A DNA stretch of 64,000 nt, from positions 102,920,001 to 102,984,000 of the forward strand of contig NC_086104.1 of the NCBI RefSeq assembly GCF_963921235.1. The letters are read 5' to 3'. Each line of letters starts with the position of its first letter. Within the stretch, counting starts at the first letter, position 1. Both the position numbers and the translations under genes were made by a program. The notes under the pieces are model-generated. The model searched no databases. It was not told where the DNA came from and saw only the letters and a program-made list of their open reading frames with translations. This stretch comes from Mobula hypostoma (taxonomy: Eukaryota). Below, one piece after another: positions 37,021 through 49,842 of the stretch.

Positions 37021-37479
37021 AGGTGGTCCCACCACCTTGAGGGAGTCTTGATCAGAAGAGGGCTGAAACTTCTGAAGACAGATGGCAGATCAACTGATGA
37101 TCCCACTGGTGATAGCACAGGACAGTTAACATCCTAGTCCACGTGTATTTTCAATTCTGGGAACTCAGTAGCCAGTTTTACATAGCAAGCTCCCACAGCA
37201 ATGTAGTCAAATGTCAAGAGGCATTCTTTGTGTCAAAAGTCAATTTTTTTCCTCTGTCATTCAGCTTCCAAATGTTGCTACTTTGTCCTTTGTTGCCACA
37301 CACACACACACACACACACACAGCCTGATTCCCTGCTCCTTATCATATGCTTTTACCCTTTTCATTGGCCAGAGCACCAAACCACAGTGGTGCATTTTAA
37401 CATGACAGCTGTATGACACACAGCCTTTTAGAAGCAGTGAAAATGACCCACAATGTTGAAATGATCAGGAAATAAAGAG

Positions 37480-37654
37480 AAAACAACAGGAATTCTGCAG
37501 ATGCTGGAAATTCAAGCAACATACATCAAAGTTGCTGGTGAACGCAGCAGGCCAGGCAGCATCTATAGGAAGAGGCGCAGTCGACGTTTCAGGCCGAGAC
37601 CCTTCGTCCTGACGAAGGGTCTCGGCCTGAAACGTCGACTGCGCCTCTTCCTAT
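37480..37654. mobile_element. Palindromic Penelope pLTR mini-element with hammerhead ribozyme
   Basis: 13-bp TSD AGGAAATAAAGAG; 46-bp perfect inverted repeat 37563-37608/37611-37656; CTGACGA-stemII-GAAACGTC core. Confidence 0.85.
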
Positions 37655-38179
37655 AGGAAATAAAGAGGTTTTGTTATTCTTACTCAGTCCAGAGATTTGC
37701 AGGACATGGAACACATCAGACTCGTCTTCTTCATCAGTCAGCAGAAAGCCATGCAGGAAATTCAAGGGAAATCTCTTCAGAGAGTGGTGACTATATGGAA
37801 TCCATCTCCACAGGGAGAGTGAAAGGTGAGCAGCAGGGATGGATTTAAAAGGACTGTCATGGAACAGAAGCACTGGCAAGTACCAGCTAGGCTGAGTTGA
37901 CTCCCTACTGTACACTGGGCATGATGTAGATTCACTAGGCACTTGAGACAGAGTTTAAAATAGAACTGATTTATTAGTCACAGATCCAGAATATGAAACT
38001 CCAGTCCCATTAAAGGTGAACATCGGCAGAAGAAACTCCTCCCATGCCCAGTGACCAGGGTACAGAACTGGGTGTGATGAGCAACAGCAATAATTACAGA
38101 GTTCAACGTCAACAGTCACTTTTGAACTTGCCTCTATATTCAGCAACTGTAATGGTTAAATATCCAGCAAGCAGCTTAT

Positions 38180-39364
38180 TTAAATCTTTTTCCCAGTGTG
38201 AACTCGGTAGTGTTTTACAAGGTTGGATGACCGTGAGAATCCCTTCCCACATTCAGAGCAGGTGAATGGCCTCTCCCCAGTATGAACTCGTTGATGTGCA
38301 TTCAGATGAGATGACTGAGTGAATTGCTTCCCACAGTCTGAGCAGGTGAACGGCTTCTCCCCAGTGTGAAGCCGCTGATGTACCTTCAGTTGAGATGAGT
38401 ATGAAAATCCCTTCCCACAGTCTGAGCAGGTGAAAGGCATCTCTCCAGTGTGAACTGACTGGTGTGCCAGTAGGTGGGATGACAGAGTGAATCCCTTCAC
38501 ACAGTCTGTGCAGGTGAACGGCCTCTCCCCAGTGTGAACTTGCTGATGTATCTTCAGTTGAGGTAATTGAGTGAATCCCTTCCCACAGTCTGGGCAGGTG
38601 AACGGTCTCTCCCCAGTATGAACTCGCTGATGTACCTTCAGTTGAGTTGACTGCGAGAATCCCTTCCCACATTCTGAGCAGGTGAATGGCCTCTCCCCAG
38701 TGTGAACTGACTGGTGTGTCAGTAGGTGGGATGACAGAGTAAATCCCTTCCCACAGTCGGAGCAGATGAAAGGCCTCTCTCCAGTGTGAACTGACTGATG
38801 TGCCAGTAGTTGGGATGACTGAGTGAATCCCTTCCCACACTCTGGGCAGGTGAATGGTCTCTCCCCAGTGTGAACTCGCTGATGTACTTTCAGTTGAGAT
38901 GATTGAGAGAATCCCTTCCCACATTCTGAGCAGGTGAATGGCTTCTCCCCAGTGTGAACTTGCTGATGTGCCTTCAGTTGAGATGGGTAAGAAAATCCCT
39001 TCCCACAGTCTGGGCAGGTGAATGGCATCTCTCCGGTGTGAACTTGCTGGTGTGCCTTCAGTTGAAATGATCGAGAGAATCCCTTCCCACAGTATGAGCA
39101 GGTGAATGGCCTCTCCCCAGTGTGAACTGACTGGTGAGTCTGTAGGTGGGATGAATGAGTGAATCCCTTCCCACAGTCTGAGCAGGTGAACGGCCTCTCC
39201 CCAGTGTGAACTTGCTGATGTACCTTCAGTTGAAATGACCGAATAAATCCTTTCCCACAGTCTGAGCAGGTGAACGGCCTTTCCCCAGTGTGAATTTGCT
39301 GATGTACCTTTAGATGAGATGGCCGAGTGAATCTCTTCCCACAGTCTGAGCAGGTGAATGGCAT
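38180..39364 (-). CDS. Tandem C2H2 zinc-finger protein, 14 fingers, no effector domain seen (ZNF gene 2)
   Basis: Uninterrupted 394-aa finger array; probable acceptor at 39973-39974; degenerate fingers at 39380-39970. Confidence 0.9.
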   Translation of the reverse strand: MPFTCSDCGKRFTRPSHLKVHQQIHTGERPFTCSDCGKGFIRSFQLKVHQQVHTGERPFTCSDCGKGFTHSSHLQTHQSVHTGERPFTCSYCGKGFSRSFQLKAHQQVHTGEMPFTCPDCGKGFSYPSQLKAHQQVHTGEKPFTCSECGKGFSQSSQLKVHQRVHTGERPFTCPECGKGFTQSSQLLAHQSVHTGERPFICSDCGKGFTLSSHLLTHQSVHTGERPFTCSECGKGFSQSTQLKVHQRVHTGERPFTCPDCGKGFTQLPQLKIHQQVHTGERPFTCTDCVKGFTLSSHLLAHQSVHTGEMPFTCSDCGKGFSYSSQLKVHQRLHTGEKPFTCSDCGKQFTQSSHLNAHQRVHTGERPFTCSECGKGFSRSSNLVKHYRVHTGKKI

Positions 39365-41019
39365 CTCAACAGTGTGAACTCACTGATGTACCTTCAGTTG
39401 AAATGACTGAGAGAATCCCTTCCCAGAGTCTGAGCAGGGGAATGGCCTCTCCCTAAGGTGAATTCGTTCATTTGTCAACAGATCAGATGTCTCAGTGAAT
39501 GTCTTCCCACACACGAAACAATTCAAAAATCTCTCTCCCTTGTGAACTCGCTGGTCTGTCTGTGGGTCAGCTGAGTGACTGAATCTACTCTCAGACACGG
39601 AGCAGGTGAACAGCCTCTCACTGGTGTGAATTTTCTGATGTATCGTCAGCTTGGATGACAATGAATCATTTCCTACAGTCAGAACAGGTGAACCCTCTCA
39701 CTGTGGTGTGAACTTGATTTTGTATCTTCAGGCTGGATGACAGAATAGATCCCCTCCCACATGCAGAACAGGTGAATGACCTCTCCCCAAGGTGAACTCA
39801 CTAGTGCGTTGTCAGATCGACTCAGTAAGTGAATCTCATCTCACACACAGAGGAGGTGACTGGCCTGTCCCAATGTGTAAACTCACTGATGTGTCTGCAG
39901 TTTGACTGAGCGACAGAAACCCTTGTTGTTGTGTTTGAAATTCCACTACACACATTCTTTGCTGTTTCTAACCTGTAAAAAGATTCACAGAAGGCATCAA
40001 TGGGTGAAGGACAACATTTCAAATGAGAATTTTTGTCACTATGCTGAGTTCTGACATTACACTGTTACAGTGAGGTTCAACACAAGTTGGAGGAACAATT
40101 CCTCATCTCCTAACTGGACATCAGTACTGACCATCAAATTATCTGAATAGTTTACTGTCTGCATCATAATGAGTCATTTCTGTCTGTCTTCAAACTGTGA
40201 CTTTGCTCAGTATTCTCCAATAGAATTATTTTAGTTTTTGATCATGCCCCACAGAGACCACAAGAAATTACATGGCTGCTCCTGGAGACTTTCTGATTAC
40301 CCTGATCCCACCTCTGGTGATAGACGGAGGTGAGCTCATCAATGGCAATGCCAGTGAATATGCAGGGGAGGGCTGTCATCTTTCTCATTGCAGTGTGGCA
40401 TACTTCTTCAGTGAAAGCTACAGGTCACTTCTTACCCAGGACAAAGTTGTTTGATATAATATGTACCCAGAAAGAACAGTACAAAACATGTTCTCACGGG
40501 TAGAAAGGCCCAGAATACGAGAAGGTAGAACAAAGTTAACTTTCTCAAGAACTAAAGCCCATGGAAGGATTTTTTTTCCTATGCAACACTAATTGGTATT
40601 TACATTGACTGGAAGGTAGATTCTTCATCAGGGATTAACTCCAACTATATTTTTGTTCTGAGTTTCTAATGTCTGGATTTAGATAGTTGAAGCTTGATAG
40701 TATTTGACAGATCCATCCGCTCCTATTCCCTCCACTTGTGCTTCCAAACACGCCCTACAAACTACTACAGAATTCATGGCTGCCTCTATACCCAGAAACC
40801 CCCACGAACGAGGGCCCCATCTATCCGGGGCGCCAAGTATGAATAGTGGAGCTAAGAGTGATGGAAATGACCAGGACTGTCCTGGGTTTGTAGGACCATG
40901 CAGTGACCGGAACTCACAGTAATTGTCCCTCAGTCTTGGTGTTGATGAAAGCCCCGCCCGGGACTGAATTCTCACCACCTTCTTTTGTGCGAATGGCGAC
41001 GCGCACTTTTCAGGAAATT

Positions 41020-44000
41020 GCATTACTGCCACCTATTGTAACGGAGCCTTGTCAGAGATCAGATCCGAACTCCCAAACTTATTTTAATTAAAAAGTCCAC
41101 CAGCGATCTACAGGATTTAACTGTCAGGTGCCAGAATATCCTGCCAGCTACCACAGATCTATTCAAGCCTGAACAGCTTCCCATATTCCAACGAATATCT
41201 GCGGTACATCACACCATGAGTGGGGGAGATTCAAACATGAGGACATGAGTTGAGAGTTAAGGGGCAAAAATTTAGGGGTAACATGAGGGGGAACTTCTTT
41301 ACTCAGAGAGTCGTAGCTGTGTGGAACGAGCTTCCAGCAGAAGTGGTTGAGGCAGGTTCGATGTTGTCATTTAAAGTTAAATTGGATAGCTATATGGACA
41401 GGAAAGGAATGGAGGGTTCTGGGCTGAGTGCAGGTCGGTGGGACTAGGTGAGAGTAAGAGTTCAGCACGGACTAGAAGGGCCAAGATGGCCTGTTTCCGT
41501 GCAGTAATTGTTATATGGATATATGATCACATGTTCCGCCACCATCACCACGCACTGACTTCAAATAGGTATATTAATCATTTATTTACAAACAGTAAAA
41601 ATTCAACCAATCATTCATGTTCCCTAAGTTACAGAGTCTACACAGCTGAGTACTCAGCAACACTCAGCAAACGTACGTAGCTAAAAGTGCGTGCAGAGCA
41701 TTCTTGCCTTAAACAACGGAAGAAGAGGAGTACAGCCCAGGTTTTATGATTTCTGTTTTATGTTTAATCTGTTGCTTTGTTTCCCATTTTCATTTAGTCA
41801 GGTACTTTGTTTCATTTTCTAAGTCTGTTATGCATTTGTGTGTTATTTTATTATGTTATTTTGTTACTTGTTTCCCCATATAATTGGTTTTGAGATGACT
41901 CATTTCATACTGGCCACATGAAATGTGAGTTGAAATTTGGTAGAAATCTGGGCACCTTTATTCCAGATATGAGGTGCCTATATTTCAGAGGGAATTAAGC
42001 ATTTGGGGAGCAATTCTACAAGTTCTATTCTTTTTGTGTTTTATAAATATCCAGTGACTAATCAGGAGTGAGTGCATTTGCATCTCATTGCATTACAGAA
42101 TGCAAAGTGGTGGGTGCTGATTTGTGGTGGGGGATCCTGTGATACATTCCTGAGGATGGTGTTCCAATCTGCACACTGGACCAATGCATCACTTTGCTAA
42201 ATTTGTATGAAGACTCCTTACTACATCACAGAAAGGATGGCACTGATTTTGATCCCCTTGACAAGGATAAGACTAGGGGAATTATCTGGCTTCTCGGGTT
42301 TAGGTTATGGGGGAGCTGGGAGGGAGTAGACTTCCAGCCAAACAGCATTAAGGGACCTGAGCCTCGTTAGCCCTGATGAGTGTTTTAAGGACTGGTATCT
42401 CCCTCTGTTTTATTTGTATAATTGGCAAGTCCTGACTCTTGGTGATTTCCCCACCTGACAGAGAGTGGGTGTAGGTGGTCTGCTGAGTACAGGTACAAGG
42501 TGAAAGGTGGGTGGCAAGTGAGAGCAGGAACAGTATCCTGGGATGGCTGTGTCTGTGCCAAGTGTTGTTGTGAGGCTGGGTACTTGTTGGGTGCGGAATG
42601 GCACTTACAGGATATGCAGTTCCGAAGCCTACCCGTGGTTCTCACAGGGTGGCGCAGTTGATATGTGGCGCTATATGTACACCACCTCAGTGCCCTGGAT
42701 GAGCACCTTGTTCATGCTGGTTGGAAAGTGGGCTGTTACAAAGGAAGGATGTTTTGAATGATAGCCTTTCTCAGCATGGTCAGCCAGACTGTCCCAGGAA
42801 CTGTTTTCAATGGCCTTGGATTACCTGCTCCCAAAGGAAGGTGGCACTTGTACTGTTACTGGTCGAGAATGCTGCACCTACATTCTGGACAGGGCAGGTA
42901 ACATCACTCACCTGATTGATCATATCTCGGAGTCAGTATATGAGATTTAGTGGGGGACCAGCTCATTAGCTATTACACTCCGAGGTGGGGCTGGTGGCAT
43001 TTTGGGGCAAAGAGAGACTGGGGTACTACTGCAGTATACTGGGAGGTGATTTAGGTTTACAGTATTGTTGTGTTTTCTGTATGGCTTAGTTGGGAGCTCC
43101 TGAGTCATACCGGTCTGAGGGTTGGATCATCATGTTCATAACTTTCAAGGGATAGAGTGTCCTGTGGGGGTGTGCCTTATTTTGATTGTTGAAAGTCGCT
43201 TCCATTGTGATTGGTTGGTTTAGAAACTGCAGCTGCTTTTCCCGTTGGATAGCTGCCTGGTGTCCAGTTTCAAATATCCTGGCTTTACAACATCGCACGT
43301 GGAAGGGGCTTGTTCTCTTTGTTTAAGGCGAGATCATTGGGAAAGTGTGCTCTGTGTGCACTTTTATCTAAGTATGTTTGTTGAATGTACGCATGTCTTG
43401 AGAATTCCGGTTTGTCGTGTCTATAACTGGGGGAACATGAATGTTCAGTCGAATTTTTACTGTTTGTAAATAAATGACTAATGTATCTGTTCTACGTCAG
43501 TGCATTTCCTGTCTCAGTTCCCAGACCCGAAAACCTGATTGAACATTACAAGGTCCTTACAAAAATCACACTATCCATTCCCATGCTTAGCAACAAGTGC
43601 TAAAGTGCGGTGCAACCCCGTATGTCCAAACCTCAGTCTCGTCAACCACAAATCTTCCCTCCTATTCCTTCCCAAAAGGTGCCTCCTCTGGATTGATGGA
43701 AACAAATTGTAATACCACCTCCCTCTCCCACAATTTCTGCTATCTCCCAATCCCAGTCAACCTAACAATAGATTTGAGTTCATACTTTCCCATGTTGACT
43801 ATAATTTCAGCCTCCGACTTAGTAAGTGGCTGTTTTGCGAGAACCTAGGCCGATTCATTACCCGATACACCAACATGTGCAAATACCCAACAATACTGGA
43901 CTGCTACTCCCGCACTCCCCAGAACATATAGTTCACTTCCATTCCTCACCCTGCCCCTTGAACGTTTCGATTCCAAACTCTGCAGTGCCGAGGCAGAGTC

Positions 44001-44280
44001 TGAGTGGATCACGTCTCTATTCAGCTTAACTCGTTCATCCCAATGCAGAGTGACGATAATGGCCATAAATTCTGCTGTATAGACGGACAACCCATCTGTC
44101 AGCCTCCTCCCCAACTCAACATTAAACCAGGGGAGAGATATCCCAGAGCTCACCCGGTTACTAACCGGGTCTTCAGCACTATCTGTAAAGATCGGCAAAA
44201 AGGAAACATACTGCTGCCGTAAATGACCAGACACCCTCTCACCACCTACAAGATCCTGACTGTCCCCAGTAACGTCTTTC
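41020..44280 (-). mobile_element. Nimb/I-clade LINE 3' fragment (paralogue of 24590-27152), split by CR1 (~41220-41520) and LTR-element (~41550-43550) insertions
   Basis: RNase H ORF 43845-44375; CCHC region ~43560-43690; 3' end cattactgccacc at ~41020. Confidence 0.8.
42138..43550 (+). mobile_element. Probable 3' LTR (~1.4 kb) with upstream PPT and 3' internal remnant (~41550-42137)
   Basis: ggtgggggatcc then TGTGAT...ATTACA; AATAAA ~80 nt before the end. Confidence 0.5.
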
Positions 44281-44389
44281 CTCTTCTGGAAATTTCCACA
44301 GTGGAACTCCTGGCCGGGCCACACCCTTGGGTTAATCCGCAAATCCCCAAGATCACATTCCCGAATTATCCACACAAAAAATCAACTCC

Positions 44390-44540
44390 GCTACCGGCTC
44401 CTACCTGCGCTCGCTCCGACAGAGCCTTTTGTTCACTGAGCGCATGCGCGATGTCGGAATCCAGCTGGGACTCGTACGCATGCGCATTTGATCGCCGGCT
44501 CACCGGCGGCGAATTCCGCAGTACTGAAACCTCTGGGTAA
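44390..44540 (-). promoter_or_regulatory. Putative promoter of ZNF2 with two NRF1-type sites
   Basis: GCGCATGCGC at ~44440 and ACGCATGCGCA at ~44476; CpG-rich. Confidence 0.6.
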
Positions 44541-45254
44541 TCAAGGTCACATTGAGACAGTCCGCAATCACTGGTTGCATGTGCCTCAGTGTTCTTTTTA
44601 TCTAGAAGTCTCGGCTGTTACTTTAAAGTAGCAAGCTCCCATAAACCTTAACCTCAAGCAACAGAGAAAATGCTCTATGGAAAAGAATAAATAATGGACT
44701 TTTCGGGCCGAGACCCTTTACCAGGACTAATTTTTCTCAATACCTCAATATAAACAGGCATCCGGTGCGTCAAATGGCAAAGTCCAACCCACTTACAAAG
44801 GTCATTCTGCAGATGCTGGAAAGTTGGAGCAACGCACAAGTGCTAGAAGAACTCAGCAGGTCAGGCAGTATCTATGGAAGAGAGTAAACAGTGGACGTTT
44901 CGGGCCGAGACCCTTCATCAAGACTCAATATCTAACAGGCATTTCGTGTGTCACATGGCAGAAGAACAAACAGTTCAGGCATGGTGAAGGGTCTCGGCCC
45001 AAAACGTTGACTCTTTATTCCTCTCCAGAGGTGATCCCTAACACTCTTGAGTTCCGCCAGCATTATGCAGAAATAAACAACATTTTTTCAGTCAGTCAGT
45101 TTTGAAATGTTGCTGATATTTCCTCTGTAGCCTCATACTCCTGGTCTGATTCCCTCCCTTATCTTCTAGTCCCCACCAATTCCTGGAGCCCCGAAGGCCT
45201 GGCATGTGCTGGCACAGCTTTGGTTTCTCACCCTGTTCCATCAAAGTTTCACCC

Positions 45255-45797
45255 AGCTCTTCCTCCATTTCACTGACGACTGCACCCGTGCTGAACTTGT
45301 CAATTTCATTAACTTTGCTTCTAACTTCCACCCTGTCCTTGAATTCACTTGGTCCATCTCTGACGCCTCTCCCCCCCTTTCTCGATCTGCCTGTCTCCAT
45401 CTCTGGAGATAAAATGTGTCAATATCTTTTATAAACCTAATGATTTCCAGAGTATCTTGACTCATCTCACTCTGTCTGCAGCAAAATTGCTATTCCTTCT
45501 CTCAGTTCCTTTGTGTCTGCTGCATTTGTTCCCAGGATTTTGATTTCCTTTCCAGAATATCAGAGATGCCCTCCTTCTTCAAGGAATGGGCTTTCCCTTC
45601 GTCCACCATAGATGCTGCCCGTGCCCACATATCCTCTAATTCCCATACATCCACACTCATCCTGTCTTCCCTTTGCCTTAACAGTGATAGAGTTCCTCTT
45701 GTCCTTACCTTCCACTCCATGAGCCTCTGCATCCAACACATCATCCTCCATAACTTCTGCCGTCTCCAAGGGGATCCTACCAGCAAACATATCTTTA
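45255..45797 (+). mobile_element. Decayed Penelope fragment (inverted paralogue of ~21830-22380)
   Basis: ELVNFINFASNFHPVLEFTWSIS; DRVPLVLTFH. Confidence 0.85.
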
Positions 45798-47018
45798 CAG
45801 GCTAGATGCAGGAAGATTGTTCCCGATGTTGGGGAAGTCCAGAACGAGGGGTCACAGTTTGAGGTGTGACGAGAATACACATAAAATTAAGATGTTTGCT
45901 GGCCTGGGTTAGCATCAGTGACATCAGCAAGTGGTCTGCCACCTGCCCTCAGGGGAAGGAGAGATAAGGAACAATGGAGCAGCGTCTGGAGATGTGTAAT
46001 GAAGGGACGGGGGGAGAGAGAGCTGTCTGGAGCGGCTCCCCCCTTTGAACCCTGAACTGTTTGAAGTGATGGACAGGCGATACCCCAGCAGGGGGATAAA
46101 AAGGGACCAGTTCGCTAAGGCACACACACGCCACCCGAGGTAACGAGACCCTGGAAGCGGTACGCCTCTCACGAGTGGGTGAGAAGTACCAGACAACGAC
46201 CAGGGTGGAAAGGTACGATCAGCGGGAACCCGGTGTGTGTCCGCCCTTGCCTGGGTGCCGGGTTCACTGCAGAGGATCGACCGCATCTGGAGGAGGGGTC
46301 ACAGTCGGTGACCTCAGGTGACATCACCAAGGACCCGCCCAAAAGTTGCTTGTGAGCCATCTCGCCGGTCTGTGAGTGAAGCCGTGTCTGAATGATCAGT
46401 TGTTCCTGTTCTATCTCTCTCTTCCCCCACGTTGTCCATCGCCATGGCAACGATTACTGCGAACTGAACTACTAACTGGACTGAACTTTGAGTCACTTTG
46501 AAATTTGGTCACTTACCCCTAGACAACGATAGAACTTGATTGATGCTGTTACCTTAATTCTGTGCACTTGTGTGGTTAACATTGCTGAACTGTTGCATTT
46601 ATTATTCTTTTCGATTACTGTGTTGCTTGTTTCTTTAATAAAACTTTCTTAGTCCTAGTAATCCAGACTCCAACTGAGTGATCCATTTCTGCTGGTTTGG
46701 CAACCCAGTTACGGGGTACGTAACAGAGGATAAAGGGGAAGCTTTTTAGGACCGAGATGAGGAAAAATTTCTTCACACAAAGAGTGGTGAATCTGTGGAA
46801 TTATCTGCCACAGGAAACAGTTGAGGCCAGTTCATTGGCTATATTTAAGAGGGAGTTAGATATGGCCCTTGTGGCTAAAGGGATCAGGGGGTATGGAGAG
46901 AAGGCAGGTACAGGGTTCTGAGTTGGATGATCAGCCATGATCATAATAAATGGCGGTGCAGGCTCGAAGGGCCGAATGGCCTACTCCTGCACCTATTTTC
47001 TATGTTTCTATGTTTCTA
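45798..47018 (+). mobile_element. Young CR1 3' fragment interrupted by a solo LTR
   Basis: Matches the 3' end of the 59308-62801 element; ttctatgtttctatgtttcta tail. Confidence 0.88.
45865..46725 (+). mobile_element. Solo LTR, copy 2
   Basis: TGTGACG...CGTAACA termini; 4-bp TSD GAGG; GATAAAA and AATAAA on +. Confidence 0.93.
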
Positions 47019-47560
47019 AACTTCTATAGATGTATGGTGGAAAGTATGCCGACTGGCTGCATTACGGTCTGGTATGGGAACATCAATGCCTTTGAGCAGA
47101 AAATCCTGCAAAAGCCAGTACATCACTGGTAAAACCCTCCCAACCATTGAGCACATCTATATGAAACGATGTTGTAGAAAAACAGCATCCACCGTCAATG
47201 ATCCTCACCGCCCAGGCCATGCTCTTTTCTCACTGGTGCCATCAGGTAGAAGGTCCAAAAGCCTCAGGACTCACACCACCAGGCTCAAGGACAGTTACTA
47301 CCCCTCAACCATCAGGCTCGTGAACAAAGGGAGATAACTACACTCATCTAAAGACTATTTTATCTTGTTATTTTGTGCTTTTTATTTATTGCTGTTTATT
47401 TACATCTGCATTTTCTGTTTGTTGTCCATTGATCCTGTTTACAGTTACTGTCCTATAGATTTGCTAAGTATGCCTGCAGGAAAAGAATCTCGGGGTTGTA
47501 TGTGGTGTCATGTATGTATTCTGAAAACAATTTTTACTTTGAACTTTAAACTTTAAAATA
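47019..47560 (+). mobile_element. Rex1/Babar 3' fragment
   Basis: FYRCMVES..GCITVWYG; DPHRPGHALFSLVPSGRR. Confidence 0.85.
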
Positions 47561-48138
47561 AACGATTGTGAATAATCAATGAATAGAAGTTTCTTGTTCA
47601 TTCCGAAAGTAACAGAGATTCGAGAGTTTATGGGACCCAACGAGGGGCCGGTTACTTGATAAAATCAGAATTCAAAAGAAGTCATCGTAGAAAGAAAGGA
47701 ATTTTGGCGCGCACCCAGGTGGTAAGAGAGCTTAACTGTCAGAGAAATCGTCTGATTCTGCTTCAGTTTACCCTTTAAAGTGTTTTACAGCGAGAAGAAA
47801 ACTGCACATTACTTTGTGGCGGATTCCCACTAAAAACTAACAGACTAAGAAATAAGCCTTGATAAATTCTTGGGCTGAAAAAAATAATCCTTAATGATGT
47901 TAAATGTGCGGGCTAGGAATGAACTCCAATGAATTCTCGGGAGCAGCTTGTCTGTCAGCCCCGCTAAAAAATCGGTTTGTAAGCATTTAAAAATCCGATT
48001 ATAGCCCGATGAGTACATTGTCTCATAACTGTGACGTCTAGAAGTGAAGAGTACGCATTAAGATCGAATTTAAAACAACCGGCGAAATTCAGAAACAAAC
48101 TACTGAATCTCCAAAATCCGCAGCCGTAACCGAACAGT

Positions 48139-49842
48139 CTCAAAGCTCTACGCTTCTTTTTGGATTCCAGACCTAATCAGTTCCCCTCTACCACCACTCT
48201 GCTCCGTCTAGCGGAATTAGTCCTTACTCTTAATAATTTCTCCTTTGGCTCCTCCCACTTCCTTCAAACTAAAGGTGTAGCTATGGGCACCCGTATGGGT
48301 CCTAGCTATGCCTGCCTTTTTGTTGGCTTTGTGGAACAATCTATATTCCGTGCCTATTCTGGTATCTGTCCCCCACTTTTCCTTCGCTACATCGACGACT
48401 GCATTGGCGCTGCTTCCTGCACGCATGCAGAACTCGTTGACTTTATTAACTTTGCCTCCAACTTTCACCCTGCCCTCAAGTTTACCTGGTCCATTTCCGA
48501 CACCTCCCTCCCCTTTCTAGATCTTTCTGTCTCTGTCTCTGGAGACAGCTTATCCACTGATGTCCACTATAAGCCTACTGACTCTCACAGCTATCTGGAC
48601 TATTCCTCTTCTCACCCTGTCTCTTGCAAAAACGCCATCCCCTTCTCGCAATTCCTCCGTCTCCGCCGCATCTGCTCTCAGGATGAGGCTTTTCATTCTA
48701 GGACGAGGGAGATGTCTTCATTTTTTAAAGAAAGGGGCTTCCCTTCCTCCACTATCAACTCTGCTCTTAAACGCATCTCCCCCATTTCACGTACATCTGC
48801 TCTCACTCCATCCTCCCACCACCCCACTAGGAATAGGGTTCCCCTGGTCCTCACCTACCACCCCACCAGCCTCCGGGTCCAACATATTATTCTCCGTAAC
48901 TTCCGCCACCTCCAACGGGATCCCACCACTAAGCACATCTTTCCCTCCCCCCCTCTGCTTTCCGCAGGGATCGCTCCCTACACAACTCCCTTGTCCATTC
49001 GTCCCCCCCATCCCTCCCCACTGATCTCCCTCCTGGCACTTATCAGTGTAAGCGGAACAAGTGCTACACATGCCCTTACACTTCCTCCCTTACCACCATT
49101 CAGGGCCCCAAACAGTCCTTCCAGGTGAGGCATCACTTCACCTGTGAGTCGACTGGGGTGATATACTGCGTCCGGTGCTCCCGATGTGGCCTTTTATATA
49201 TTGGTGAGACCCGACGCAGACTGGGAGGCCGCTTTGCTGAACATCTACGCTCTGTCCGCCAGAGAAAGCAGGATCTCCCAGTGGCCACACATTTTAATTC
49301 CACATCCCATTCCCATTCTGACATGTCTATCCACGGCCTCCTCTACTGTAAAGATGAAGCCACACTCAGGTTGGAGGAACAACACCTTATATTCCGTTTG
49401 GGTAGCCTCCAACCTGATGGCATGAACATTGACTTCTCTAACTTCCGCTAGGCCCCACCTCCCCCTCGTACCCCATCTGTTACTCATTTTTATGCACACA
49501 TTCTTTCTCTCACTCTCCTTTTTCTCCCTCTGTCCCTCTGAATATACCTCTTGCCCATCCTCTGGGTCACCCCCCCCCCGTCTTTCTTCCCGGACCTCCT
49601 GTCCCATGATCCTCTCGTATCCCCTTTTGCCTATCACCTGTCCAGCTCTCGGCTCTATCCCTCCCCCTCCTGTCTTCTCCTATCATTTTGCATCTCCCCC
49701 TCCCCCTCCAGCTTTCAAATCCCTTACTCACTCTTCCTTCAGTTAGTCCTGACGAAGGGTCTCGGCCTGAAACGTCGACTGCGCCTCTTCCTATAGATGC
49801 TGCTTGGCCTGCTGCGTTCACCAGCAACTTTGATGTGTGTTG
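48139..49842 (+). mobile_element. Young 5'-truncated Penelope element (RT, GIY-YIG, pLTR)
   Basis: GVAMGTRMGPSYACLF, RYIDD, GVIYCVRC..YIGET..RFAEH; 10-bp TSD ACCGAACAGT (48129-48138 and 49843-49852). Confidence 0.95.
49745..49780 (+). ncRNA. Minimal type I hammerhead ribozyme in the Penelope pLTR
   Basis: AGTC-CTGACGA-AGG(GTCTCGG)CCT-GAAACGTC-GACT: stem I AGTC/GACT, palindromic ACGT stem III, GUC cleavage triplet. Confidence 0.8.

Noticed and set aside
38180-39364. Regular 84-bp repeats with variable cores, superficially CRISPR-like
   Set aside because: The period equals one 28-aa C2H2 finger; vertebrate context and no cas genes.
39380-39382. TGA readthrough or selenocysteine extending ZNF2 upstream
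   Set aside because: Upstream fingers have lost Cys/His ligands, ZNF1 is frameshifted there, and no SECIS was identified.
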